Assembly (NCBI GenBank): GCA_963677925.2
Contig: CAXXYH010000004.1
Coordinates: forward strand, 640,001 to 704,000
DNA: 64,000 bases
Reading direction: 5' to 3'
Source of the DNA: Spirochaetia bacterium
Lineage (GTDB): Bacteria; Spirochaetota; Spirochaetia; UBA9216
Made by a program: the position numbers and the translations under genes. The notes under the pieces are model-generated. The model worked only from the letters and a program-made list of their open reading frames with translations. It ran no database searches and was not told where the DNA came from. Positions 19,701 to 29,137 of this stretch are shown in pieces; within the stretch, counting starts at the first letter, position 1; each line of letters starts with the position of its first letter.

Positions 19701-21701
19701 CTAAATATTCCTTTCTTCTTTCATATCCGGAATTTTTACAGGAATTATCAAAGTAAATATTGAGCCTTTATTGAGTTCTGAAGATACAGAGATGCTTCCT
19801 CCCAGCTTTTCGGCTAAGGAGTTTGAAATTGAAAGCCCTAATCCGGTTCCATGATGATTTTTTGTATAGGATGACTCCGCCTGCTGAAACTCTTCAAAAA
19901 TATGCTTTAAATCAGCTTCCTGTATTCCGCACCCTGTATCACTGATTGAGATGACGATTTGATTCGGTTCAGCCCTATCTGTATATGCAGATATTTTGAT
20001 GGTTCCGGAATCTGTAAACTTGACTGCGTTATTGATTAAGTTTCTAAGAATCTGTTCGATTCTCCGGCGATCGGAAATTATCCAGTCCGGAAAGTTTTCG
20101 GCAACATCAAGTATTAATGCAAGATTTTTAGCGTCTGCCATTTGCCTGTAAAGGTTTAGTGTATTTTCCAAACTCTCGAGAATGCTGTAAGGTTCATTTA
20201 TTATTGAAATTTTCTCAGTCGCGATTTTCTCAAAATCAATAATATCATTTATAAGAGACAGCAGAGAATGAGTTGTTGTAAGGCAGAGCTCCAGATTTCT
20301 TTTAATATCTCCGGAAGGATTCAGCATAAGCGACATTTCGGTAAGTCCGATTATTCCTGTAATCGGGGTTCTGATTTCATGGCTCATTTTTGCAAGAAAT
20401 ATTCCTTTGTCCTTAGTTGCCTGCTCTGCTTTTTCCTTTTCAATTTTCAGTTTCTCAGCTTGAGAAATTCTTTCGGTTTTATATTTTTGAAAAAGGTTTA
20501 TAGCATTGGCCAGCTTTCCGATTTCATCATTCCGATTTGTATATTTTATATTTAGAATAGTCTTGCTCTCGGGTATAAGACTCATTGTATTTGTTAATAC
20601 GAGTAAAGGTTTGATAATTTTTCTGGAAATGAAAAGTATAAGTATTGTTACAAGCATTATCAGTAAAAATGCAGAAATAGAGAATGCTGCGAAATTTTTA
20701 ACGGCTTCCTGTTTCTGATTATTGCTTATTTCAGTTGTATAAGATTTGGCTGCGTTAAGAATTCCTGCAATCCCCTCCAGGGCTTCTTCTACTTTAGATA
20801 TAAGCATTTCCTGTGGAATTTCCTGAACATTTTCCGGATCTGCCATATTCAGTGAGACAATATCAAATAAATTTCTAAGCTCTGAAAAGTATAAATTTTC
20901 AACATTTTGAACTGCATCGTGCAGTTCTTCAGAAGCCACATAAGGTTCAAGTCTCTTTATTTCATTCCAGTGATGGTCGGTCAGCGTTCTTAATTCCTGT
21001 ATGGAATGAAGTTGCCGGGCAGTAAGAGCCTTTCCGGTGGCATTTGCTGAGATCATTCGTGAGCCTTCCGGTCCTGCGGTGTTCCGTAAAGAAAGCGCCT
21101 CCAGTTTAATTCTGAAACCTATATCATTTTCAGGGGAGATGGATGTAATGTAGATATGAATCTGAAAAAGCAGGTTTTCAATTTCTTTAATTATTCCGGT
21201 CATCGCGGGAAACCATTCTGCGGTCAGCTCTGCATTCCGTTCGGTAAAATCAAGATCCATATTCTGTTCAGCCGATATGCGTAAATCTTCAATGTATGAA
21301 TGCTTTGAAACTATTTTATTTTTTATATTTTCAAATTCTTCCATATCGATTCCGGAAAGAAGACTCAGGGCCTGCTTATAGTTTTCATCGGCGATAGTTC
21401 TTTGCTCTATAATAAACTTCCGGTTTGATTCCATGTCCTGAACCGGTCCGGAATAGGTTAATACTACATTCACCCGGCCCCGTTCAAAGCCGTAATGTCT
21501 GACTGCCTGAAAAAGTTTATCTGAAAGCTCAATCAGTTCATAGGTTTTTGATGCATTGATATATGCTGTATACGTTCTGTAAAAATCAGGAACAGCACTT
21601 ATTATTAACAGAATAATGAGCAGTATAAGTGAAAATGCAAGAAGTTTTCCCGAGCTTCGAAAAAGAGGTGCTGATGTTTTATTATTTTGTGTTTTCTCCA
21701 T
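19701..21701 (-). CDS. Sensor histidine kinase (helical, possibly NIT-like sensor; HAMP, HisKA, HATPase)
   Basis: MSHEIRTP, NLINNAVKFT, DTGCGI and GTGLGL. No receiver domain. Confidence 0.9.
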   Translation of the reverse strand: MEKTQNNKTSAPLFRSSGKLLAFSLILLIILLIISAVPDFYRTYTAYINASKTYELIELSDKLFQAVRHYGFERGRVNVVLTYSGPVQDMESNRKFIIEQRTIADENYKQALSLLSGIDMEEFENIKNKIVSKHSYIEDLRISAEQNMDLDFTERNAELTAEWFPAMTGIIKEIENLLFQIHIYITSISPENDIGFRIKLEALSLRNTAGPEGSRMISANATGKALTARQLHSIQELRTLTDHHWNEIKRLEPYVASEELHDAVQNVENLYFSELRNLFDIVSLNMADPENVQEIPQEMLISKVEEALEGIAGILNAAKSYTTEISNNQKQEAVKNFAAFSISAFLLIMLVTILILFISRKIIKPLLVLTNTMSLIPESKTILNIKYTNRNDEIGKLANAINLFQKYKTERISQAEKLKIEKEKAEQATKDKGIFLAKMSHEIRTPITGIIGLTEMSLMLNPSGDIKRNLELCLTTTHSLLSLINDIIDFEKIATEKISIINEPYSILESLENTLNLYRQMADAKNLALILDVAENFPDWIISDRRRIEQILRNLINNAVKFTDSGTIKISAYTDRAEPNQIVISISDTGCGIQEADLKHIFEEFQQAESSYTKNHHGTGLGLSISNSLAEKLGGSISVSSELNKGSIFTLIIPVKIPDMKEERNI

Positions 21702-21828
21702 ATTAAATCCGAATCAATTATACAATGAATTAATCAGTTTATCTTAAAAACATTTAAGTTAATCTGCTGATAAATTATCTTCAATTATTTGATAATCGCC
21801 TTCCGGTTATCTATACTTCAAGTACAGA

Positions 21829-23613
21829 ATGAAAATCTATAATTTGCTGTATTCTGATCCTTCCGATTTGATTCCCGTTAAAGAAAAGGTATTAAAACTG
21901 CCTCCCGAAAATGTTTTGATTCAGGTTTTTATGGGAACCCCGGAATCTTCGATTGCAGAAAAGGTTCTGGAAGAGCTGAAGTCGGCCTTTCCCGGATATC
22001 CGGTTATCGGAACAAGTACTTCCGGTGAAATACTAAACGGAACAGTTTTAAATCATACAACTGTCATCAGTTTCAGCCTCTTTGATTCTACAATTGTCAG
22101 ATCTGTTCTGATTGGTCAGAATGATGATATTGCATCTGCCGGTGGAGAAATAGCAGGGGTGCTGCGGAATTCTGAACTGAAATCAGTTATAGTTTTCGCC
22201 TGCGGAATGAAAGACAATGTTTATGTAGATCAGTCCTCCATTCTTACGAGCCTTGAGTCCGAGCTTGGTTCCGTCCCGGTATCCGGAGGCCTGTCAGGCG
22301 GTATTTTTAAAAAACAGGAATCATTTTTTGTTTTTACAGAAAAAGGCTTTTCATTTGGAGGTTTTGCCGCCGCAGGTTTGTCAGGAAAAGAGCTCAGGGT
22401 CCTCTGTGATTACAATGTCAGCTGGATACCAATCGGAAAACAGATGATGATAACAAAATCCGAGAATAAAAGGGTTTTCAGTATAGATGACAAGAACGTA
22501 AAAGACCTGTATCAGCATTATCTGGGTATCGATCTATCCGGAGCTTCTTCTACCTTCATGGATAATTTTCCGCTGATGATAAGACGACACAGCCGTTACA
22601 TTCCCAACCCTGTGTCCAGGGTGCTTGATGACGGATCGGTTGAGTTTATCCATCAGATGCATCCCGGTGAAGCTGTCCAGTTCAGTATATGTGATGTTCA
22701 TCTTCTTGAATACGGCGCCGTAAGCCTGAAAAATACTCTTAAAGAGTTTAAATCCGAAGCAGTTTTTGTGTTTTCATGTGAATCAAGAAAAAGCATTCTT
22801 GGAGATGATATCTACATCGATATGAAGACTCTCAACGGTTCTCCGGCATCAATAGGATTTTTCACCTACGGAGAATTTCTGAAACCGCCGGGCGAGCCTC
22901 CGCAGTTTTTTCAGCAGACAATGACGGTACTTGCTCTTTCTGAGAAATCGAAGGACGCACCTTCTGAATACTCAGATTTGTATGATCTTATAGAACCTGA
23001 GGTTCAGGAATCAGACAGGTTTAAGCTTCAGAAAGTGCTTATTCGGCTTGTAAAATGCATAACCGGTGAGCTTGAAGAACGTAACCAGCAGCTTGATAAA
23101 ATGGCTAATTCAGATACGCTTACAGGACTGGGTAACCGCAGAAACTTTGATATGATTTTAAATCATGTAATAAAAACCTATTCCAGGTCAAATGACTGTT
23201 TCAGCCTTATTATTTTTGATGTTGATTATTTCAAACTCTTCAATGATCATTACGGACATGTCGAGGGAGATGATGCTCTAAGGGGAATTGGCGCTGTGAT
23301 GAAGAATATGCTTAAACGAAGCGGTGATAAGGCGTTCCGCTACGGAGGGGAGGAATTTGCCTGCATTCTTGTATCAACAGATTCTGAAGGAGCCGCTTTA
23401 ATGGCTGAGAAGATTAGAAAGAGTATTACCGGCCTCGGAATTCCTCATCAGCGGTCGGATGTTTCCGATTTTTTATCTGTCAGTCTGGGAGTGCTTACTG
23501 TTCATCCTGATAAAAACACAGAGGAGGATTCAATAATCAAGCAGTGTGACCAGCTTCTGTACAAGGCAAAAGAACAGGGCCGCAACCGTTTTGTTTCAGG
23601 ATGTGCTGAGTGA
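21829..23613 (+). CDS. FIST-domain diguanylate cyclase
   Basis: FIST_N (IGTSTSGEI), FIST_C (FSCESR, GFFTYGEF), then DTLTGLGNRR, RSGD I-site and GGEEF. Confidence 0.88.
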   Translation: MKIYNLLYSDPSDLIPVKEKVLKLPPENVLIQVFMGTPESSIAEKVLEELKSAFPGYPVIGTSTSGEILNGTVLNHTTVISFSLFDSTIVRSVLIGQNDDIASAGGEIAGVLRNSELKSVIVFACGMKDNVYVDQSSILTSLESELGSVPVSGGLSGGIFKKQESFFVFTEKGFSFGGFAAAGLSGKELRVLCDYNVSWIPIGKQMMITKSENKRVFSIDDKNVKDLYQHYLGIDLSGASSTFMDNFPLMIRRHSRYIPNPVSRVLDDGSVEFIHQMHPGEAVQFSICDVHLLEYGAVSLKNTLKEFKSEAVFVFSCESRKSILGDDIYIDMKTLNGSPASIGFFTYGEFLKPPGEPPQFFQQTMTVLALSEKSKDAPSEYSDLYDLIEPEVQESDRFKLQKVLIRLVKCITGELEERNQQLDKMANSDTLTGLGNRRNFDMILNHVIKTYSRSNDCFSLIIFDVDYFKLFNDHYGHVEGDDALRGIGAVMKNMLKRSGDKAFRYGGEEFACILVSTDSEGAALMAEKIRKSITGLGIPHQRSDVSDFLSVSLGVLTVHPDKNTEEDSIIKQCDQLLYKAKEQGRNRFVSGCAE

Positions 23614-23638
23614 TTGAATTTTCATTCCAATATTTACA

Positions 23639-24487
23639 CTATCCGCCTATTCCGATCAGGGCTGCGCCGGCTATTGAAAGAATCAGTCCGAGAATCCTCA
23701 ACGGCGGAAGCTTCTCCTTTAAAAACATCTTCTGCAGAACTACTGTAGGTGCGGGATATAAAGAAGAAAGAATTACTGCTATTATAAGATATCCGGTCCT
23801 GCCTGCGAGCAGGTAAAGTACATTTGCGGCCATATCAAGAAAACCGCTTATAAATGTAACTTTACGGGTTCCCTTTGCCAGATTCACTTTTTTTTCCCGA
23901 ATTATGGCATATATAAGGAAAACCGGTACTGTAACCGCTCTCGCCGCTGCAAGAGGCCATATTCCGGATTGTTCTGAAGTTTTCGAAACCAGAATGATAA
24001 AGAAGCCGGCAAAAAAAGTCCCTGATATTAATCCGTGCCGGATAGATTTTGAAATATGTTCGGGCCTGCCGTTTTTCTCCCATGATAAGAATAATATTGC
24101 AGGAAGTGATACAGCCACACCAAGCCAGGTAAGAAAAGGCGGTCTTTCTCCGGTGAGCAGTCCGAAAATTACCGGAATAACGGCTCCGCATAAGGCCGCT
24201 GTTGGAGATACTATTGCGGCTATCCCTGAGGCAAGGCCTCTGTAAAGAAACAGGATTCCAAGTCCGCCTGACAGTCCGCCGACCATTCCCCAGAGAAGAT
24301 CTGCAGCGCTTATCTCTGTCTTTCCTATAAATGGAGCTGCTATCAACACCGTGATAAGTCCAATCATCTGTGACCATGCAACAGTCAGTGCCGCTGAATT
24401 TTTCCTGGTGGAAAAGCCTCCGAGAAAATCAGCGGTTCCGTAGGCAAATGCAGACATTAAAGCGTAAAAAACTACCATGACAAGCAA
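23639..24487 (-). CDS. DMT/EamA-family transporter
   Basis: YGTADFLGG, about 10 TMs, SSLYPAPTVVL...LKEKL. The start may be ATG 24478. Confidence 0.88.
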   Translation of the reverse strand: MLVMVVFYALMSAFAYGTADFLGGFSTRKNSAALTVAWSQMIGLITVLIAAPFIGKTEISAADLLWGMVGGLSGGLGILFLYRGLASGIAAIVSPTAALCGAVIPVIFGLLTGERPPFLTWLGVAVSLPAILFLSWEKNGRPEHISKSIRHGLISGTFFAGFFIILVSKTSEQSGIWPLAAARAVTVPVFLIYAIIREKKVNLAKGTRKVTFISGFLDMAANVLYLLAGRTGYLIIAVILSSLYPAPTVVLQKMFLKEKLPPLRILGLILSIAGAALIGIGG

Positions 24488-24561
24488 TAATAACAGATCG
24501 TTTGGATTTTGTTTTGGAATTAGATATAATATAATAGTACTGTCTGTCCGGAGGATAGTTT

Positions 24562-26367
24562 TTGAAATATTTGATTGCAGCTTTGCCTGTTCTTTTTATT
24601 TTTACCGTATTTATGCCTGCTCAGGACGTTGATGTAACCGGCTCCGGTTACAGAACTTATCTGGATGGTATCTGGAGTGTTCAGTACGGCGATGCTGTTG
24701 AAGAAGATAGCTGGGAAGACATTGTCTTTCCGGACCTGAAATTTGCTTTTCCGGATGATTCAAATCTAATCTGGTTCATGCGGACCTTTTCTGTTGATGC
24801 TTCCATACAGGATGAGCCCCTCGGGTTGTTTCTGGGAAAGCTGCCGGATTCCAGTGAAATCTATTTAAACGGTTCTCTTCTTCTCCGCAGCGGGAGACAG
24901 GCTCCCGAAGAATATTTTCCCGAAACATTTACTGCCTTCAGTACAATTCTTCCTTCTGGACTGATCAAATATGATGAAAGTAATGTTCTGCTTCTAAAGG
25001 TTTACAGTGAAAGACACACTGGTGCTCTCCCCTCGATGTTTATTTCAACACCTGGTGATGCTAAAACGAAAACTATAAAAATTAATACCCTGAATTCCTA
25101 TCTTGGCCTGGCCACAACAGTTATAACTCTGCTGACAGCCTTGTATTTCGGTGTTATGTTTGTTATGGACAGAAAAACCATCGGATATCTGTATATGGTG
25201 ATCGGTTCTTTGGGGTTCTCTGTAAATTCAGGCATTCTGTATATAACCGGCAGTCCGTTTTCATACCTGACCATGTTTAAGATTTACATCATCGCGCTCT
25301 ACTGGGGAATTGCCGGTATTCAGCTGTTTGTTATGTATCTGGGTGAATTTGATCTAAAGCTGAGATCCAGAATTTTTATACTGGCTGTAACCGCGGCAAT
25401 TTCAATTGCCGCCGTTCTGATACCGGATCTGAGGAGCACTCTCTTTTACAATGATAATGTAATCTATCTGATTTGGGTAATTCCGATGCTTATGATGCTT
25501 CTTTATGTTACCATCCGGGGCATCCGGGAAAAAGTAAAGTTCATGTACTTCATTCTCGGGGGGGCTATTGTAGCTATACTGAGCGGAGGAAGAGACATTC
25601 TGCTTCTGCAGCTCAATATTGCTCCTGATTTTTATTCAAATCTCATTGGACTTACTGCGCTTATCGTCAGTGTTTTCATAACATATGCTGCACAGTTCAA
25701 CTATAATGAGAGGCTCTTACGGATACAGGCCCATAAACTTGCGCAGATGACAGAGAATCTGGAAGGTCTTGTAAAGGAACGGACGAAGGAACTTGAGAAT
25801 GCATATCAGGAGCTTTCCCATCAGGCGGTTACCGATATGCTTACCGGAACATTCAACCGTCTTGAATACAGCCGGGTACTTGAGAGTGAGAATGCACAGT
25901 TCAAGCGGACAGGCCAGAATTACGCGGTTATTTATATCGACCTTGATAATTTTAAATATATCAACGATACCTACGGCCATGCTTCCGGTGATTTTGTCCT
26001 GCTTGAAATATCAAAACTGCTTAAAGATTGCAAAAGAAGCTCTGATTTTTTATTCAGGATGGGCGGTGATGAATTCCTGATACTTATGACCAATACCAGC
26101 TCCGGAAAGGATGCGATTAATCTTGTCGATCGAATCTATCAGCAAATCGAGAAAAAAGAATACTTAAGACCTGCCTTATCGAAGTTTACCGGCGAAGAGA
26201 TAGTTTACCCTGAAGATAAAAAACTCTCACTTACAATAGGTATCAGCTCTACAGATATCTCAAATGTAACATCGCTTCATGATCTGCTCTTCCAGGCTGA
26301 TATGGCCCTTCTTGATGCAAAAGTTTCGGGTAAAAACCGGTATGCTTTTTATGAGAAGTCATTATAA
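24562..26367 (+). CDS. Diguanylate cyclase with periplasmic jelly-roll sugar-binding-like domain and 7TM region
   Basis: LDGIW...WFMRTF...EIYLNG (GH2-N-like beta sandwich), multiple TMs, DMLTG, DLDNFKYINDTYGH, RSSD and GGDEF. Confidence 0.85.
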   Translation: MKYLIAALPVLFIFTVFMPAQDVDVTGSGYRTYLDGIWSVQYGDAVEEDSWEDIVFPDLKFAFPDDSNLIWFMRTFSVDASIQDEPLGLFLGKLPDSSEIYLNGSLLLRSGRQAPEEYFPETFTAFSTILPSGLIKYDESNVLLLKVYSERHTGALPSMFISTPGDAKTKTIKINTLNSYLGLATTVITLLTALYFGVMFVMDRKTIGYLYMVIGSLGFSVNSGILYITGSPFSYLTMFKIYIIALYWGIAGIQLFVMYLGEFDLKLRSRIFILAVTAAISIAAVLIPDLRSTLFYNDNVIYLIWVIPMLMMLLYVTIRGIREKVKFMYFILGGAIVAILSGGRDILLLQLNIAPDFYSNLIGLTALIVSVFITYAAQFNYNERLLRIQAHKLAQMTENLEGLVKERTKELENAYQELSHQAVTDMLTGTFNRLEYSRVLESENAQFKRTGQNYAVIYIDLDNFKYINDTYGHASGDFVLLEISKLLKDCKRSSDFLFRMGGDEFLILMTNTSSGKDAINLVDRIYQQIEKKEYLRPALSKFTGEEIVYPEDKKLSLTIGISSTDISNVTSLHDLLFQADMALLDAKVSGKNRYAFYEKSL

Positions 26368-26377
26368 ATAAATTGAC

Positions 26378-26406
26378 TTGACAATAGTATCAACGGAAAA
26401 TATTAT
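26378..26406 (+). promoter_or_regulatory. Sigma70 promoter TTGACA-17-TATTAT
   Basis: -35 at 26378-26383 and -10 at 26401-26406. The predicted TSS near 26413 coincides with the riboswitch 5' end. Confidence 0.8.
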
Positions 26407-26413
26407 GATTCAT

Positions 26414-26511
26414 AACTCCGAACCTTTATCTCCTAAAATCCGGAAGGATCATGGGTTGAGGTCGATGGGTTCAGCGGGAAACTGTTGTGCCTTCCGTGTT
26501 TGAAAAGGAGA
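26414..26511 (+). ncRNA. Moco/Tuco riboswitch (Moco RNA motif), apparently the P3-less variant
   Basis: P1 CTCC(26416-19)/GGAG(26507-10). CCTAA...ATGG tetraloop-receptor-like element capped by ATCC-GGAA-GGAT. P4 CAGCGG-GAAA-CTGTTG. 3' GCCTTCCGTGTTTGAAAAGGAG matches the recalled Moco RNA consensus. The downstream gene is WtpA-like. Confidence 0.85.
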
Positions 26512-26677
26512 AAATAAAAAACTGATCATGGCTTTAATGACCTGAAAAAAGTTTCTTATTAAATTACCCGAATCAGGATTAAGAAAGTACTCAGATCCTT
26601 CGGGCAATTCACACCTCTTATACAGATTCAGGAAGACAGGACCGTACTCCCCTTAATTTTACTAGACGGAGGCTTTA

Positions 26678-28000
26678 ATGTCTGAATACCTCGAATATCT
26701 GCCTGAATTGAAAAGCACCACACTCTTTCAGGGAATAGACGACTCTGAATTAATATCTCTTCTTGATGCCATGAGCCCTGAAATTGTCTGCAGGAAGGCC
26801 GGCACGGCGGGTGTGCCGCAGATAGACTTTGATGAAGGGCTATTCTGTGTTGTGCTCAGGGGGAAGCCATTGGACCAGCTTGAACCCCGGCCTGATGTTT
26901 ACAACATGCCTAAAATAACAGAACCGGGAATGATGATGGGAGAAATTCCCTGTCTGTCTGAGATGCTGAAAAGCCGGGCTCCAAAAATCAGATTCAGAGG
27001 CGGCGGGCATTCGGGACCCAGACATGACGACTTCGATCTTTATATGCTCCGAATGAGCGGAGAAATGGTTACCCGCTTTTACGGCATAGAGCATAGTCGT
27101 GCACAGGGACAGATGCTGCGGAATTTTCTCGGTATCCTGGCTCAGAAGGTGACTGATGTTCGAAAAGAGAAAGTCCAGCTGAGCTCTGATTATGATAAGG
27201 AGCTGTCTCCATACCGCCTGAATATTCTCTGTGCCGGTGTCTCACTCAAGCTGGTTAAGCAAACAGCTGAGATGTGGAATAAGATGCATCCTGAGCTTCC
27301 GGCAGTTGTTACCCCTGGCGGTTCTGTAGATATTATACGTGACTGTATAAGCGGTTATCCCTGCGACCTTCTTATTTCAGCAGATGATTCCATTATTGAG
27401 TCGATGCTGATGCCTGATTATGTTTCCGGTTACCGAATCTGGGGCGGGAATAAAATGGTTATCTGCGGAGAAGGTATATCTCTTGACAACTGGATTAACA
27501 GACTTTCAGCTTCCGACGCTTCATTTAAGCACAAGGATCCATACGGAGATCCCGGCGGGTACAGGGCTGTTATGGCAATGCTGCTTGCCGATAAGGTTGA
27601 ACCGGGCCTCTCGGACAGGTTAATGAATCATCCAGGTCATATCGGCATGGAGAAAAATCCCGGTCCTTTTGGAAATATGAAGCCTGCGGATTATTCGTTT
27701 ACCTATCTTAGTGCAGCTGTTTCGATGGGTGTTGATTATACAGAACTGCCCGCAGTTATGGATCTTTCTGATCCTGATCTGGCTTCGGAGTATGCAGATG
27801 TTAGTTTTGCTGTTGATAAAGATAACACTATTACAGCAACACCCATTGCCCATGCACTGGCCATTCCTAAAAGTTCACTGCATCTTTCTGCCGCCGCGGA
27901 ATTTGCTGAACTCTTTCTTAATATCGATAAATCTGAACACGGTTTTCTGCCCAGGGAGGGAATAGCCGGAACCGATCCTCTGACATTAAAAAACAGATAA
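26678..28000 (+). CDS. Fusion of a degenerate CRP/cNMP-binding-like N-terminal domain and a WtpA/ModA-like tungstate/molybdate-binding domain; no signal peptide
   Basis: N-term LFQGIDDSELISLL, PGMMMGE and MLRNFLGILAQKV (CRP-like, no HTH). C-term CAG, GGSVDIIR, DLLISADD, DPYGDPGGYRAVM and DYSFTYLS. SD GGAGG. Confidence 0.7.
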   Translation: MSEYLEYLPELKSTTLFQGIDDSELISLLDAMSPEIVCRKAGTAGVPQIDFDEGLFCVVLRGKPLDQLEPRPDVYNMPKITEPGMMMGEIPCLSEMLKSRAPKIRFRGGGHSGPRHDDFDLYMLRMSGEMVTRFYGIEHSRAQGQMLRNFLGILAQKVTDVRKEKVQLSSDYDKELSPYRLNILCAGVSLKLVKQTAEMWNKMHPELPAVVTPGGSVDIIRDCISGYPCDLLISADDSIIESMLMPDYVSGYRIWGGNKMVICGEGISLDNWINRLSASDASFKHKDPYGDPGGYRAVMAMLLADKVEPGLSDRLMNHPGHIGMEKNPGPFGNMKPADYSFTYLSAAVSMGVDYTELPAVMDLSDPDLASEYADVSFAVDKDNTITATPIAHALAIPKSSLHLSAAAEFAELFLNIDKSEHGFLPREGIAGTDPLTLKNR

Positions 28001-28038
28001 TGTACTCATAAAAGTACTGATTATAAAAGGAGAAACTA

Positions 28039-29130
28039 ATGAATAACTTGAAAAAAATTGTTTTAACGATTCTTGTCGGTATATGCATTACAGCATATCT
28101 TCCGGCGGACAGCAGAGTTGTAACCGTTACCGACATGAGCGGGGATTCGGTTACTGTGAAAGGTGAGGTTCGTAAGATAATTAATCTATGGCCTGCCGGA
28201 ACCTCTTCATTCTTCGTTATGGGTGCCGGTGATCTGATTGTCGGGCTGGCTGTAAACAGCCCGGCTACAATGAACTCCTGGACAAGGCTTTTTTACCCTG
28301 AATGTCAGAGTATTCCGGCTCTCGGTGGAATAACGCCTTCTATAGAGGAGCTGATAAAACTTGATCCGGACCTTGTCATCATTCATCCTTCCAGTGCAAA
28401 GGCGGGGTTTGCTCAGCAGATTCGTGATGTCGGTATTCCCGCAATTAATATTAATTTCAGCGATTATAAAACAATGGTTAAGGCATATACAGTACTTGGG
28501 GAAGTGCTTGGAGGCAAATACCAGCAGCGGTTGAGCAAATGGTGTTCTGAAGTGGAATCAAAGCTTTCAAATGTACGGTCCCTTACCTCAGGCCTCACAG
28601 ACTCAGAACGTCCTGTAGTTTACTATGTTGCCGGCCAGACAGATTCACTGACAAAAACAATGCGTTCAGGCAGTATTATCAATGACTGGGTTGAGTCTGC
28701 TGGAGGTGTATATGCTTCCGACAGGATGGACGTTCCCGGTTCTGATGTTACTCCTGAGGCTGTATTCGCGCTTGATCCTGATGTTATCATCTGCGGCGGT
28801 GTATATCAGCACATAGAAAAAGAACAGATTTCTGTTTCTGAAGGCTGGAATGATCTTCGGGCTGCTGTTGATGAGCGCGTATATACGAACCCTTACGGCT
28901 GTTTCAACTGGGATCGCTTCGGTCTGGAGAGTCAGCTTCAGATTAACTATGCACTCTTAAGGATCCAGCCGAAAATAGCTGCTGCTAACGGTATATCTGA
29001 AGAGTCAGTAATTGAAGAAATTATTGATTTTTACAGTACATATACAGGATTTAATCTGAGCCGTGCACAGGCTGAGAATATGTTTAATGGTTTGACCGCT
29101 GACGGGTCACCGGAAATGTCTGCAAGGTAA
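28039..29130 (+). CDS. Class III (FepB/BtuF/MolA-type) ABC substrate-binding protein
   Basis: Signal peptide, VTVTDMSGDSVTV, PSIEELIKLDPDLVI, EAVFALDPDVII and WNDLRAAVDERVY. Confidence 0.9.
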   Translation: MNNLKKIVLTILVGICITAYLPADSRVVTVTDMSGDSVTVKGEVRKIINLWPAGTSSFFVMGAGDLIVGLAVNSPATMNSWTRLFYPECQSIPALGGITPSIEELIKLDPDLVIIHPSSAKAGFAQQIRDVGIPAININFSDYKTMVKAYTVLGEVLGGKYQQRLSKWCSEVESKLSNVRSLTSGLTDSERPVVYYVAGQTDSLTKTMRSGSIINDWVESAGGVYASDRMDVPGSDVTPEAVFALDPDVIICGGVYQHIEKEQISVSEGWNDLRAAVDERVYTNPYGCFNWDRFGLESQLQINYALLRIQPKIAAANGISEESVIEEIIDFYSTYTGFNLSRAQAENMFNGLTADGSPEMSAR

Positions 29131-29137
29131 GGCTGCG

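Noticed and set aside
26678-27200. CRP/FNR transcription factor or pseudogene
   Set aside because: No HTH follows the C-helix, and the frame runs uninterrupted into the WtpA-like domain with a strong SD.
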